DNA of 64,000 nt, from contig JBFWNL010000002.1 in the NCBI GenBank assembly GCA_050251055.1, forward strand, positions 224,001-288,000, written 5' to 3'. The notes under the pieces were generated by a model. That model saw only the letters and a list, made by a program, of their open reading frames with translations, searched no databases and was not told the DNA's origin. This document shows, piece after piece, positions 38,431-47,433 of the stretch. The first letter of the stretch is position 1; every line of letters begins with the position of its first letter. The position numbers and the translations under genes were made by a program. This DNA is from Bacteriovoracia bacterium (GTDB lineage: Bacteria; Bdellovibrionota; UBA1018; JBFWNL01).

Positions 38431-39582
38431 TTGCCACCGAATTCCACCCCTTTGAAGAAACGCCTTCGTATTCGTGACCTCGGTCTCGAGATCGGCCATT
38501 ACAAGCCGGGGCGCTACAACGCGATCACCGACGTCCCCAACGTGAAAGTGGGTCACTCCACGATCATCAAGGGCCATGGAAAGCACACCCCTCGACGCGG
38601 CCCCGTGCGCACGGGAGTCACCGCCATTATCCCGCGGGATGACATCTATGAAAACCGAGTAGCGGGGGGCGCCTTCATCCTGAACGGAGCGGGAGAGCTT
38701 TCAGGTCTGACGCAAGTGCAGGAATGGGGAATCATCGAAACTCCGATCCTGCTAACCAATACCCTTTCGGTGGGAACCTGCTCGGAAGCCTGTGTCCAGT
38801 ACATGACCGACCGTTACCCGGGGATTGGTTCTCAGCACGACGTCGTGCTCCCCCTCGTCGGCGAATGCGATGACTCCTGGCTGAACGACATCGCCGGCCG
38901 CCACGTCCGCTCCGAGCACGTGATCGAGGCCATCAAAAGCGCGCAGAGCGGACCGGTGCTCGAAGGCGCCGTCGGGGGCGGCACCGGCATGATCACCTGT
39001 GACTTCAAGGCCGGGATTGGCACTTCCTCGCGCAAGCTTCCCCAGCTCCTGGGCGGTTACACCATCGGCGTGCTAGTGATGAGCAACTTTGGTGAGATTC
39101 GAGACCTCCGCATGGGGGGAATTCCCGCCGGCGCGATCCTGCAACCCAAGTTCGCGGGCCTGCGTAAGCGCAAGGATAATTACGGATCAATCATTGCCGT
39201 GATCGCCACCGACGCACCGCTCGTGACCGCGCAGCTTACGCAACTTTCCAAACGCGCGGCGCTCGGTATCGGTCGGGTGGGCTCCTACGCCGCGCACGGC
39301 TCGGGCGAGATCATCCTGGCTTTTTCCACGACGAACGTGGCTCCCCGCGAGACTCAGAAGATGGTCTATCGCATGAAGATCCTGCTCGATAAGCGGATTA
39401 ATCCGCTTTACGAAGCCGTGGTTGAATGCACGGAAGAAGCCATATTGAATTCGTTGTGCTCGGCCGAAAGCATGGAAGGGATCAACGGAAATCTCTCCCC
39501 AGCGATCCCGCTCGAGGATGTTTCCGACTTGATCCACAAGTTCAAGCGGACCTTCCAGGTGCCCCCGCCCTCGCAAACCTAA
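38431..39582 (+). CDS. dmpA: DmpA/P1 (S58) family aminopeptidase
   Basis: NAITDV, RTGVTA, NGAGE, PILLTNT, VGECDD, EGAVGGGTGM, KAGIGTSSR, autoprocessing G|SII and ATDAP motifs; GAGGAG RBS. Confidence 0.92.
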   Translation: MPPNSTPLKKRLRIRDLGLEIGHYKPGRYNAITDVPNVKVGHSTIIKGHGKHTPRRGPVRTGVTAIIPRDDIYENRVAGGAFILNGAGELSGLTQVQEWGIIETPILLTNTLSVGTCSEACVQYMTDRYPGIGSQHDVVLPLVGECDDSWLNDIAGRHVRSEHVIEAIKSAQSGPVLEGAVGGGTGMITCDFKAGIGTSSRKLPQLLGGYTIGVLVMSNFGEIRDLRMGGIPAGAILQPKFAGLRKRKDNYGSIIAVIATDAPLVTAQLTQLSKRAALGIGRVGSYAAHGSGEIILAFSTTNVAPRETQKMVYRMKILLDKRINPLYEAVVECTEEAILNSLCSAESMEGINGNLSPAIPLEDVSDLIHKFKRTFQVPPPSQT

Positions 39583-39625
39583 ACTAGCTGACACGCGCTA
39601 TCACATCTGCCATACTGCGAGGCCT

Positions 39626-40588
39626 ATGGAATACCGTCGACTCGGAAAATCAGGCCTAAAACTCAGCGCACTCTCGTTTGGCTCGTGGGTGACGTTTGGC
39701 AATCAGCTGGACGAGCGTGCGGCGGGTGAACTCATGCAGCTCGCCTACGACGGTGGCGTGAATTTCTTCGACAACGCCGAAACGTACGCGAACGGCGCCT
39801 CCGAGGAAATCATGGGCAATGTGCTGCAGAAAAAGGGCTGGCGGCGCGACTCTTACTGCGTTTCGAGCAAAGTTTTTTGGGGCGGCCAGCTCCCCACCCA
39901 GACCGGCCTCAGTCACAAGCACGTGTACGATGCTTGTCACAATGCCCTGAGACGCTTAAAAGTCGATTACCTGGATCTCTACTTTTGTCACCGGCCCGAC
40001 CCGGAAACTCCCATCGAGGAAACTGTCCGCTGCATGCACACGCTCGTGATGCAGGGAAAGATCCTATACTGGGGCACTTCCGAGTGGAGCGCGGAGCAGC
40101 TCTTCGAAGCCTACCAAGTGGCCGAGCAACGCGGACTCACCCCACCCACGATGGAGCAGCCCCAATATAATCTCTTTCACCGCGCCCGCGTCGAGCAGGA
40201 ATATCATCGCCTCTACGACGAATTCGGCTTGGGAACCACGATTTGGTCACCACTAGCGTCGGGTCTGCTCACCGGGAAATACGCGCAAGGCATCCCCGGA
40301 GACTCCCGCATGAAGCTCAAAGGTTACGAGTGGCTCCAACGCGAGCTCAATACCGCCGAAGGCGCGGCGAAAATCGCCCAAGCCCAAAAGCTGGGCGAGC
40401 TGGCGCGCGAGCTCGGCACGTCCCTGCCGAAACTTGCCATCGCCTGGTGCCTCAAAAACGAAGACGTAAGCACGGTGATCCTGGGCGCGTCACGCAAGGA
40501 GCAGCTGACGGAAAACCTCGGGGCCCTTGATTCCTTGCGCTTGCTTTCACCTGAAGTCATGCGCGAGATCGCGAAGCTCGTCGCCTAG
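39626..40588 (+). CDS. Aldo/keto reductase, Kv-beta-like subfamily
   Basis: MEYRRLGKSGL..LSFGSWVTFG, FFDNAETY, YFCHRPD, YWGTSEW, EQPQYN and WSPLASG motifs. Confidence 0.95.
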   Translation: MEYRRLGKSGLKLSALSFGSWVTFGNQLDERAAGELMQLAYDGGVNFFDNAETYANGASEEIMGNVLQKKGWRRDSYCVSSKVFWGGQLPTQTGLSHKHVYDACHNALRRLKVDYLDLYFCHRPDPETPIEETVRCMHTLVMQGKILYWGTSEWSAEQLFEAYQVAEQRGLTPPTMEQPQYNLFHRARVEQEYHRLYDEFGLGTTIWSPLASGLLTGKYAQGIPGDSRMKLKGYEWLQRELNTAEGAAKIAQAQKLGELARELGTSLPKLAIAWCLKNEDVSTVILGASRKEQLTENLGALDSLRLLSPEVMREIAKLVA

Positions 40589-40589
40589 C

Positions 40590-41774
40590 ATGGGCAACCC
40601 AGGCGACAAGGAAACGCCGGCTCCGTATTCTGCCTTCATCCTCGCGGTCGGCACCGAACTGACGAGCGGACAAGTCACTAACCGCAACGCCGCCTGGCTT
40701 TCCGAGCGACTCACCGATTTGGGCTTTGCCGTCGTCCTTCACGAGACAGTGCCCGATGACCGCATTCTCATTCGGGAGGCGCTCGAGCGAGGTGCCAACC
40801 TCGCGCGCTTCCAGTTTGTCACGGGTGGCCTGGGCCCAACGTCGGATGATTTTACCCGGGAAGTGATCGCCCAATGGCTGGGCTCACCGCTCGAATACCA
40901 CGCACCGTCTTGGGACCACATCGTCGCGCGCCTGACCGCCTTCAACGTCCCGGTCGCCGAATCCAACCGCCAACAGTGCTACTTCCCGCGGGGCGCTCAG
41001 GTCATCCCCAACCCCCAAGGCACCGCGAACGCGTTCGGCTGCCCCCATGCAAGAGGCCAGCTTTGGTGTTTTCCTGGCCCGCCCGTGGAGCTGGCCGCGG
41101 TGTGGGACGGAGGCATTTGCACCAGCCTGCGCGAGGTCGTACCGACCTCCGACCGCACTCAGCTCTTTCGATGGAGCTGCATGGGCAAGAGCGAGGCCCA
41201 GTTGGGTGAGATCGTCGAGGCCGCACTGGAAGGAAGCGGATTCCAAACGGGTTACCGCGCTCACATGCCGTACATCGAAATCAAGGTGTGGGTGCCCGAG
41301 CGGGAATTGGATGTATTTCCTCCGTGGCGGACGAAGCTGGAGCGCGCGATCGAGCCGTGGGTTGTCGCCACCCAGGGCGAAGATCTGGCAGACCGATTCT
41401 TGCGGGCCGTGAGCGCGGGCATCACGATTTGGGACGACGGCACCGACGGGGTTCTAGCGGAGCGCTTGTGGACCCGCATTCGCACTTCTCCCGAACTAGC
41501 GCCCCGCCCGTTTACCGTGGTCGCCCGTGGCTTCACCGCCGTATCCGACGCGGTGGAGGAAAGAGCCACCTCTCCCTTCCTTCTTCAAATTGGGAAGATT
41601 TCCGCCGAAGGCGTCTGTCACGCACGACTGAGCCGATCGGGCGCGCTGATCTGGGAGAAAACCCTGGAGTCTCCTTATCGCGTCGAGAAACTGCGCGACC
41701 GCAATCGTCGGTATATGACAGAGGTTGTCATTCGCTTATCAGAAAAGGCATTACGCGACGAGTCGACGTCGTGA
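40590..41774 (+). CDS. CinA-like protein (molybdopterin-binding/MocF domain; C-terminal domain degenerate)
   Basis: VGTEL..G...N.N, TGGLGPTSDDFT, N.QQ, N..GTA and PGPP.E motifs. Confidence 0.85.
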   Translation: MGNPGDKETPAPYSAFILAVGTELTSGQVTNRNAAWLSERLTDLGFAVVLHETVPDDRILIREALERGANLARFQFVTGGLGPTSDDFTREVIAQWLGSPLEYHAPSWDHIVARLTAFNVPVAESNRQQCYFPRGAQVIPNPQGTANAFGCPHARGQLWCFPGPPVELAAVWDGGICTSLREVVPTSDRTQLFRWSCMGKSEAQLGEIVEAALEGSGFQTGYRAHMPYIEIKVWVPERELDVFPPWRTKLERAIEPWVVATQGEDLADRFLRAVSAGITIWDDGTDGVLAERLWTRIRTSPELAPRPFTVVARGFTAVSDAVEERATSPFLLQIGKISAEGVCHARLSRSGALIWEKTLESPYRVEKLRDRNRRYMTEVVIRLSEKALRDESTS

Positions 41775-41816
41775 TTGCCGATTGCCCGACCGCCCATTCC
41801 TGTCTATGAAGGGGGA

Positions 41817-43232
41817 ATGTTGATCACTCTGCTTTTTGCTTTGCTGATGGGGAATGTCGGGTCATTTTACGTGGGCTCTGCGAGTTTCGCAAATGCAGCG
41901 GACGCCGGCTTTGAGGAGTGGATCCTCAAACAACGCGCGATCTCCACGCAACGCCTGCTCCAAAACATCCATCCGCAGGACGCGCGTCCCGGCGTCGTGA
42001 TCGCTTCCCCTTCCCGGGAAAATCCGGACTACTACTTTCACTGGGTACGCGATGCCGCCCTTACCATGGACACGGTTGCGGACTTTTACGACGACGCAAG
42101 CGGAGACCAAAAGCAGCCTTATCTCGATCTGCTGCTCGATTTCGCCGGGCTCTCGCGCGAGAACCAACTCACGCCCACGCTCAGTGGGCTGGGTGAACCT
42201 AAATTCTACGTCGACGGACGCGCCTTCGACGGCCCCTGGGGCCGCCCCCAGAACGATGGACCGGCGCTGCGCGCGCTGACCCTGATCCGTACGGCGGATC
42301 GTTTACTCGCGTTGGGCCGCCGGGACCAGGTGGCGAAATACTTATACGACGGACGTTTGCCCACCCAATCGGTGATCAAGACGGATCTGGAATTCGTGGC
42401 CCATCACTGGAGCGATCCCTGTTTCGACCTTTGGGAGGAAGTAAAAGGCGATCACTATTACACGCGGCTAGTGCAGCTCACCGCGCTCCGCTCGGGCGCG
42501 CGTCTTGCCTACGATATGAACGATCGCGGCGCCGCGAGCTTTTACGACCAACAGGCCCAACGCGTGGAGGCGAGCCTAAGCGAGTTCTGGCAGGCGGAGA
42601 AAGGGTTCCTGGGCGCGACGCTACGCCGAGTGGAAGGCGTCGACTACAAATCGTCCAACCTCGACCTTTCCGTCGTGCTCGCGCACCTGCACGTGAAGCA
42701 GGAAGGCGCGGACTCGCGTGTGCTCGCGACGGCGGCGGAGATCGAGCGAAGCTTCCGGCCCCTCTATTCCGTAAACAGCCGTGTCCTTGAGAGCCGGCCC
42801 ATTCCTGGCTTCGCCATTGGGCGTTACCCCGAAGACCGCTACTACGACGGCAACCCCTGGGTGTTGACGACGCTCGGCTTGGCGGAACTTTACTACCGCA
42901 CCGCCGCCCACTGGCTCCAACGGGGCACCATTCCTATCGACGAAACCAGCCTGCCGTTTTTTCATCGCCTGGGTTTCAGCCAGCTCACGGCGGACATGAA
43001 AATCGCCGCCGGCAATCCGCTCTTCATTCGAGTACTGGAACAGATGGAAACGCGCGCCGACGACTTCATCCGCCGCGTGCGCGTGCACGCCAATCCGGAT
43101 GGATCCCTCTCCGAGCAGATCCACCGCGAATCAGGGTTCATGGAGTCCGCACGCGACCTCACCTGGAGCCATGCGAGCTTTCTGACCGCCACCCGCGCGC
43201 GCGCGCAGTACCTGACGCGTAAAAATCGCTGA
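41817..43232 (+). CDS. Secreted glucoamylase, GH15 (fungal-type motifs)
   Basis: VIASPS..PDYYFHWVRDAA, GLGEPKF, WGRPQNDGPALRA, FDLWEE, GRYPED.Y..GNPW, LSEQ and SARDLTWS motifs. Confidence 0.95.
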   Translation: MLITLLFALLMGNVGSFYVGSASFANAADAGFEEWILKQRAISTQRLLQNIHPQDARPGVVIASPSRENPDYYFHWVRDAALTMDTVADFYDDASGDQKQPYLDLLLDFAGLSRENQLTPTLSGLGEPKFYVDGRAFDGPWGRPQNDGPALRALTLIRTADRLLALGRRDQVAKYLYDGRLPTQSVIKTDLEFVAHHWSDPCFDLWEEVKGDHYYTRLVQLTALRSGARLAYDMNDRGAASFYDQQAQRVEASLSEFWQAEKGFLGATLRRVEGVDYKSSNLDLSVVLAHLHVKQEGADSRVLATAAEIERSFRPLYSVNSRVLESRPIPGFAIGRYPEDRYYDGNPWVLTTLGLAELYYRTAAHWLQRGTIPIDETSLPFFHRLGFSQLTADMKIAAGNPLFIRVLEQMETRADDFIRRVRVHANPDGSLSEQIHRESGFMESARDLTWSHASFLTATRARAQYLTRKNR

Positions 43233-43426
43233 CCCCGTCGCCCTTGAAACGGCGATTGTTAATCACGAAATCAGATCCCGAGTATAAATGATCTGGGGGC
43301 ATTCACCGCCCTTTTACGCGGAAAACCGGATTCCCAGGGAACGCCGTCGCCTCATTTTAGGCCCTCAATCTTAACAATTATTCGGCTTATTTCCGCTCTT
43401 AAATCAAAATAATTCACGTTATTTCT

Positions 43427-43456
43427 TATTTAATTATTTGATTTTATTGAATTTTA
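43427..43456. repeat. 30-bp AT-rich motif, copy 1 (IHF-like)
   Basis: TATTTAATTATTTGATTTTATTGAATTTTA; 27/30 identical to 58841-58870. Confidence 0.6.
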
Positions 43457-43494
43457 ATAAAAAAAGTGGATTTCGATCTCACTTTAAAAATTAC

Positions 43495-43523
43495 TTTACA
43501 TTATTACGCAGTATGTCATACTG
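43495..43523 (+). promoter_or_regulatory. Sigma70-like promoter with a palindrome over the -10 element
   Basis: TTTACA-N16-CATACT; CAGTATG-t-CATACTG at 43509-43523. Confidence 0.5.
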
Positions 43524-43568
43524 AGTCTGTAACCGATCATCTCTCTAAACGCAGAACGTAGGTGGTAT

Positions 43569-44039
43569 ATGAATCGTGTTATCCTGGCATCGCTATTTGC
43601 TATTGCTCTCAACGCTTGTGGCCGCGCTCCGGTCCTTGAGTTGAATGAATTCGCTTCTTACGTGGAAACGTTCGAAGCCGAAGCCGCCGCTAACGGCAAC
43701 CCCCTGAAAGTTCAAGACCTCATCATCAAGTTCAGCAACAAGCTCGACAGCAAGACCGAAGGCTTGTGCACCCTGGGTTCCGACACGCCGACGATCGAAG
43801 TCAATGCGAAGACCTTCCACAAGCTTTCGGACATCCAAAAAGAAGCCTTGTTGTTCCATGAGCTGGGACACTGTGTCTTGGGCCGCGCCCACGCCAACGA
43901 GCTGGCGAACGACGGCACGGTCAGCAGCCTGATGAACGCCTACCTCCCAGACAAGTGGACGTTGCAAGCCAAGATGCCGGAGCTGGTGGCTGAACTATTC
44001 ACCAAGGAAAAGATTAACGAGCTGGCTCTGAACAAATAA
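43569..44039 (+). CDS. Small zincin-like metallopeptidase lipoprotein
   Basis: Lipobox LNAC; HELGHCVLGRAH; Met-turn-like SLMN. Confidence 0.85.
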   Translation: MNRVILASLFAIALNACGRAPVLELNEFASYVETFEAEAAANGNPLKVQDLIIKFSNKLDSKTEGLCTLGSDTPTIEVNAKTFHKLSDIQKEALLFHELGHCVLGRAHANELANDGTVSSLMNAYLPDKWTLQAKMPELVAELFTKEKINELALNK

Positions 44040-46062
44040 GTTCGAAGATACGACGATACTCCACGGCCTCCCGATAACGCTCGGGGCGGCTGAGACAACG
44101 AATTAAAAAGCGAGCGGGGGCTAAATCCCGGTGGAGGTCGACCTCCACCGGGCAAGCCTCCCCCGTGATCTCCGAAGCCAGTATTTCTCCCGCTAGTGGC
44201 GCGTACACGAGCCCACGGGAGCCAAACCCCAAGTTCAAATAAAGTCCCGACCAATAGCTCCCGGGTGGAAACGGCGCCCGGCGGTAATCGCGCCCCTGCT
44301 GGAGGCCGGCGTAATCCCGCAAAAACGTGCGGGCATCGGGCGCCGGTCCCACGATGGGAAAGTGATCAGGCGTGGTCGTCCGTATGGACACGCGGGAATC
44401 CAAGCGCTCGCCCAATTCCGCCGCCCACGCGAACGTACGCACGGCCCCATCCCGCAACTGCGCGCTGACTTCCGCGCTGGGATCGCGCCCCTCGACGTTC
44501 CGATCGTGACTCGCGCCCAATAAATGAGCGCCTTCCCATGCGGGCGTGAGGTAGCCCCTAAAGGAAAGCACGGCCTTCAGCGCGGTGGCAGGGCCGGATG
44601 CCACCCGATCGACCTGTCCCTTCAGCGGCCGAAACGGAAGCCAGTCTGTCTCCGCGCAAGCCAGCGAATCCAGCGCATTGGCCAAAACCACCACCGGCGC
44701 GCGCAACTCCCCTCCTCCCTGCAAATGCACTCGCCAAGGCTCATCCTTCTCGGGAGGCGCCGTAAGGCCGGTGAACTCGGCACGAAATCGGCATTGGATC
44801 CTGTCCCCGTAAGCGGCCAGCAACTCGCGGCAGTAAGCACGTGGGTCCAGCGAGCCTCCGGCGGGAAAGTACAGCGCTGGAGCGGGGCAATGGACACCCG
44901 CCACCGCGGCGGCTTCGTCCGCGCTCAAATATCGAAAAATGGCGTCTCCTCCGGGCCAGCTCTCGATCGCGGCGGTGAACCGGTCGCGCGTGCGCTCATC
45001 CACCTCCAACTGCAGCAACCCCGAAGGTTGATCACCCACGTCGACCCCCGCGCGGCTCAGCTCCGCAAGCTGGCGACGCAAGAACCCAAATGCTGCAACT
45101 GAGTAGCGGCTCATCGTATTGGGCTGGGCGGCCACGAGCGGATAATAGACCGCTCGCGCGTTGCCGGAAGCTCCCACGGCCGGGCCTTCTCCACGATCCA
45201 ACACGGTCACTTCCCAGTCCCGCCGAGCCAGCGCCGTGGCCACCGAAACTCCGGCTAGGCCCGCGCCAACGACGATCGCACGCTTTTCCGCTGCCAGCGC
45301 CGGGCGAGTCTCCGCCCAAGCAAACGGGCTGGGCGCGGTCGCCGGAAGCTTCGAGAGCGATCCCCGCAAGAGCTCGCGCTTGCCGGCGAAGCCCGCGACC
45401 CGCTCCACCGCGAAACCCGCGCTTTCGAGATCCCGCCGAACCTTTCCCGCCGCGGAGTAGGTGCTGAAAGTCGTCTTGCCCACGCGGGAGCGGCGGGCCA
45501 GCTCGGAAAAAAGCTCGGGCGACCACATCTCCGGGTTTTTCGCCGGGGAAAACCCGTCCAAATACCAAGCATCGAAATCATCGCCTCGCAACGAACGAAA
45601 GCCGTCAAACGCTTCCCCCACCATCAAAACCAGCTGCACTTCCGGCAAGAAATCAATGAGATGAAATCCGGGCATCGCGGGAGGCCAGACGGCCATCAGC
45701 CGATCCCGCAATTTCGCAAGCTCCGTGCGATCGACGGCGACATCCCCCGCAAGCGGGTCGCCCAAAATCTGGTCCCAGCCCGCGCCCAACTCGGCGACCG
45801 TAAGCGGGTGCAGTTCGCTCGCGAAGTACCGCAAGCGCGCCGGTGATCGGGTGCTCGTCCGCCAGAGTCGGGCCGTCAGCAGGAAATTCACCCCGTAGCC
45901 GAAGCCCAGCTCGCCGATTTGAAAGTTACCGCCGCGCGCGAAGCGCTCAGGCAGCCGGTTCTGTTCCAGGAAGACGAAATTTTTTTCCGCGAGCGCGCCC
46001 CCTTTGGAAAAAAAATAATCTCCGTAGCGATTAGAATAGGGAGTATCCACGCACTCCCTCAA
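44014..46062 (-). CDS. mnmC: Bifunctional tRNA mnm5s2U34 methyltransferase/FAD-dependent oxidoreductase
   Basis: YGDYFFS, ELGFGYGVNF, DAWYLDGFSPAKNPEMW, GAGLAG, GASGN and GFGSRG motifs. Confidence 0.96.
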   Translation of the reverse strand: MRECVDTPYSNRYGDYFFSKGGALAEKNFVFLEQNRLPERFARGGNFQIGELGFGYGVNFLLTARLWRTSTRSPARLRYFASELHPLTVAELGAGWDQILGDPLAGDVAVDRTELAKLRDRLMAVWPPAMPGFHLIDFLPEVQLVLMVGEAFDGFRSLRGDDFDAWYLDGFSPAKNPEMWSPELFSELARRSRVGKTTFSTYSAAGKVRRDLESAGFAVERVAGFAGKRELLRGSLSKLPATAPSPFAWAETRPALAAEKRAIVVGAGLAGVSVATALARRDWEVTVLDRGEGPAVGASGNARAVYYPLVAAQPNTMSRYSVAAFGFLRRQLAELSRAGVDVGDQPSGLLQLEVDERTRDRFTAAIESWPGGDAIFRYLSADEAAAVAGVHCPAPALYFPAGGSLDPRAYCRELLAAYGDRIQCRFRAEFTGLTAPPEKDEPWRVHLQGGGELRAPVVVLANALDSLACAETDWLPFRPLKGQVDRVASGPATALKAVLSFRGYLTPAWEGAHLLGASHDRNVEGRDPSAEVSAQLRDGAVRTFAWAAELGERLDSRVSIRTTTPDHFPIVGPAPDARTFLRDYAGLQQGRDYRRAPFPPGSYWSGLYLNLGFGSRGLVYAPLAGEILASEITGEACPVEVDLHRDLAPARFLIRCLSRPERYREAVEYRRIFELICSEPAR

Positions 46063-46880
46063 AAGTCGGGATCAGGATCGGAGTCAGGCGACTCGTCCTC
46101 GGTGGGAGCGGCGGTCCCCGGGGGGGCCTTCTCGAACGAAAGCGTCTGCGCATTAATGCCTTCGATCTCCGCCGGATCCAGGTAATGGGCTTGGGCCATG
46201 CGCTCGAGCACGCGTTTAATAGAATGCTGGATGAACGGCGTCAGCTGCGCCTTGCGGAAAGATTGGCTGTAGCGCTTGGGGCTCGGCAAGAGCACGGCCA
46301 GAAAAGCGCCCTCGCGTGGATTCAGCTCCGTGGGAGATTTTTGAAAATAAAGGCGCGCGCCTTCGCGCAATCCATAAGTCCCCTCACCCAGCTCGACGAT
46401 GTTGAGGTAAATCTCCAGAATGCGTTCCTTCGAAAGAAGTTTTTCGATCTGGATCGCGAGGATCAGTTCCCGCGCTTTCCGAAAGAGGCTCTTCTTTTGA
46501 TCGAGAAAAACGTTTCGGACCACCTGCTGGGTAATGGTGCTGGCGCCCCGAACCAGCTTCTTGCGCTCGAGACTGTCGCCGATCGCGTCTTCAATTTGAT
46601 TCAGGTCATAACCCGGATGATTAAAGAAAGCCCAGTCTTCGCTGACGAGGATCGCTCCCCTCACCGCGCGCGGGACCTCGCCCAAGGTCACCCAACCCCG
46701 TGGGCGCTCTAGCTGAAGCTTGACCAAGGCGGATTTTTTCTTGGCGTCATAGTGGACAACCGGATACTGCTTTTTGAGCGAGGAAATATCCGGAATCGTC
46801 AGAACGAAGGCGAATACCGCGAGCGCGAAGGCCGCGGCAAATCCCAACGCAAGGAGGAAAAAGCCGTTCCACTTGGACAT
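46059..46880 (-). CDS. mtgA: Monofunctional peptidoglycan transglycosylase (GT51)
   Basis: SEDWAFFNHPG, RGASTITQQVVRN, RKARE and ILEIYLN motifs; N-terminal TM helix. Confidence 0.92.
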   Translation of the reverse strand: MSKWNGFFLLALGFAAAFALAVFAFVLTIPDISSLKKQYPVVHYDAKKKSALVKLQLERPRGWVTLGEVPRAVRGAILVSEDWAFFNHPGYDLNQIEDAIGDSLERKKLVRGASTITQQVVRNVFLDQKKSLFRKARELILAIQIEKLLSKERILEIYLNIVELGEGTYGLREGARLYFQKSPTELNPREGAFLAVLLPSPKRYSQSFRKAQLTPFIQHSIKRVLERMAQAHYLDPAEIEGINAQTLSFEKAPPGTAAPTEDESPDSDPDPDF

Positions 46881-46902
46881 GAACTGGTTATATAATTCAA
46901 AG

Positions 46903-47415
46903 ATGCGTCGTTGGAAACTGCTAGCCGGCATATTCTTCATCTCGACCCTGGCTCCCGACTCGCCCCCCTCCCAGGCGGACGAGGCCAAACGCTTCTTCCT
47001 GTGCCGTTTCGGTCCGGAGATCCATTTCGTCGCGAAACGCCATAACAAACCCGGAAGCTGCGAAGGTAGCGTCAACATCCAGGTCAAACGCTGGAATTGC
47101 ACGACCCTGAAAGACGTGGCGAACGAGACCCGCGAGTTCCTCAAATCCATTACGGAGATGGGGGCGGAGCAATGTCGTCAACACTGCGCGGAACGCGGAG
47201 CGGGATGCGAGTCGAAGTTCATCAAGCCGCTCCACTGCGGATTCTCGGTCCCCCAAATGCACGCGGCGGGCGTCGGCAAGAACGCAGGCTGCCATGACGG
47301 CTGCGACGGGACGGCTTTCGCATACTGCTCGCTCTATCACGACGGGTACGTGCAAACGAATCCCGCGCGGGTCGAAAAAATGACCCCGAACTGCACCTGT
47401 TTCCGGAAAAAATAA
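46903..47415 (+). CDS. Secreted Cys-rich protein (12 Cys)
   Basis: Signal peptide MRRWKLLAGIFFISTLA...SQA; even number of Cys; TATAAT 6 nt upstream of the ATG. Confidence 0.75.
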   Translation: MRRWKLLAGIFFISTLAPDSPPSQADEAKRFFLCRFGPEIHFVAKRHNKPGSCEGSVNIQVKRWNCTTLKDVANETREFLKSITEMGAEQCRQHCAERGAGCESKFIKPLHCGFSVPQMHAAGVGKNAGCHDGCDGTAFAYCSLYHDGYVQTNPARVEKMTPNCTCFRKK

Positions 47416-47433
47416 GCGGAGCTTCCGAAGTTC

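Noticed and set aside
43233-43340. Short hairpins after the glucoamylase gene, considered as a riboswitch or sRNA
   Set aside because: No recognisable conserved riboswitch motif; the first hairpin is adequately explained as a weak terminator. An Infernal/Rfam scan would settle it.
44014-44039. Short convergent 3' overlaps (also 6003-6036)
   Set aside because: Common in compact genomes, with no further signal.
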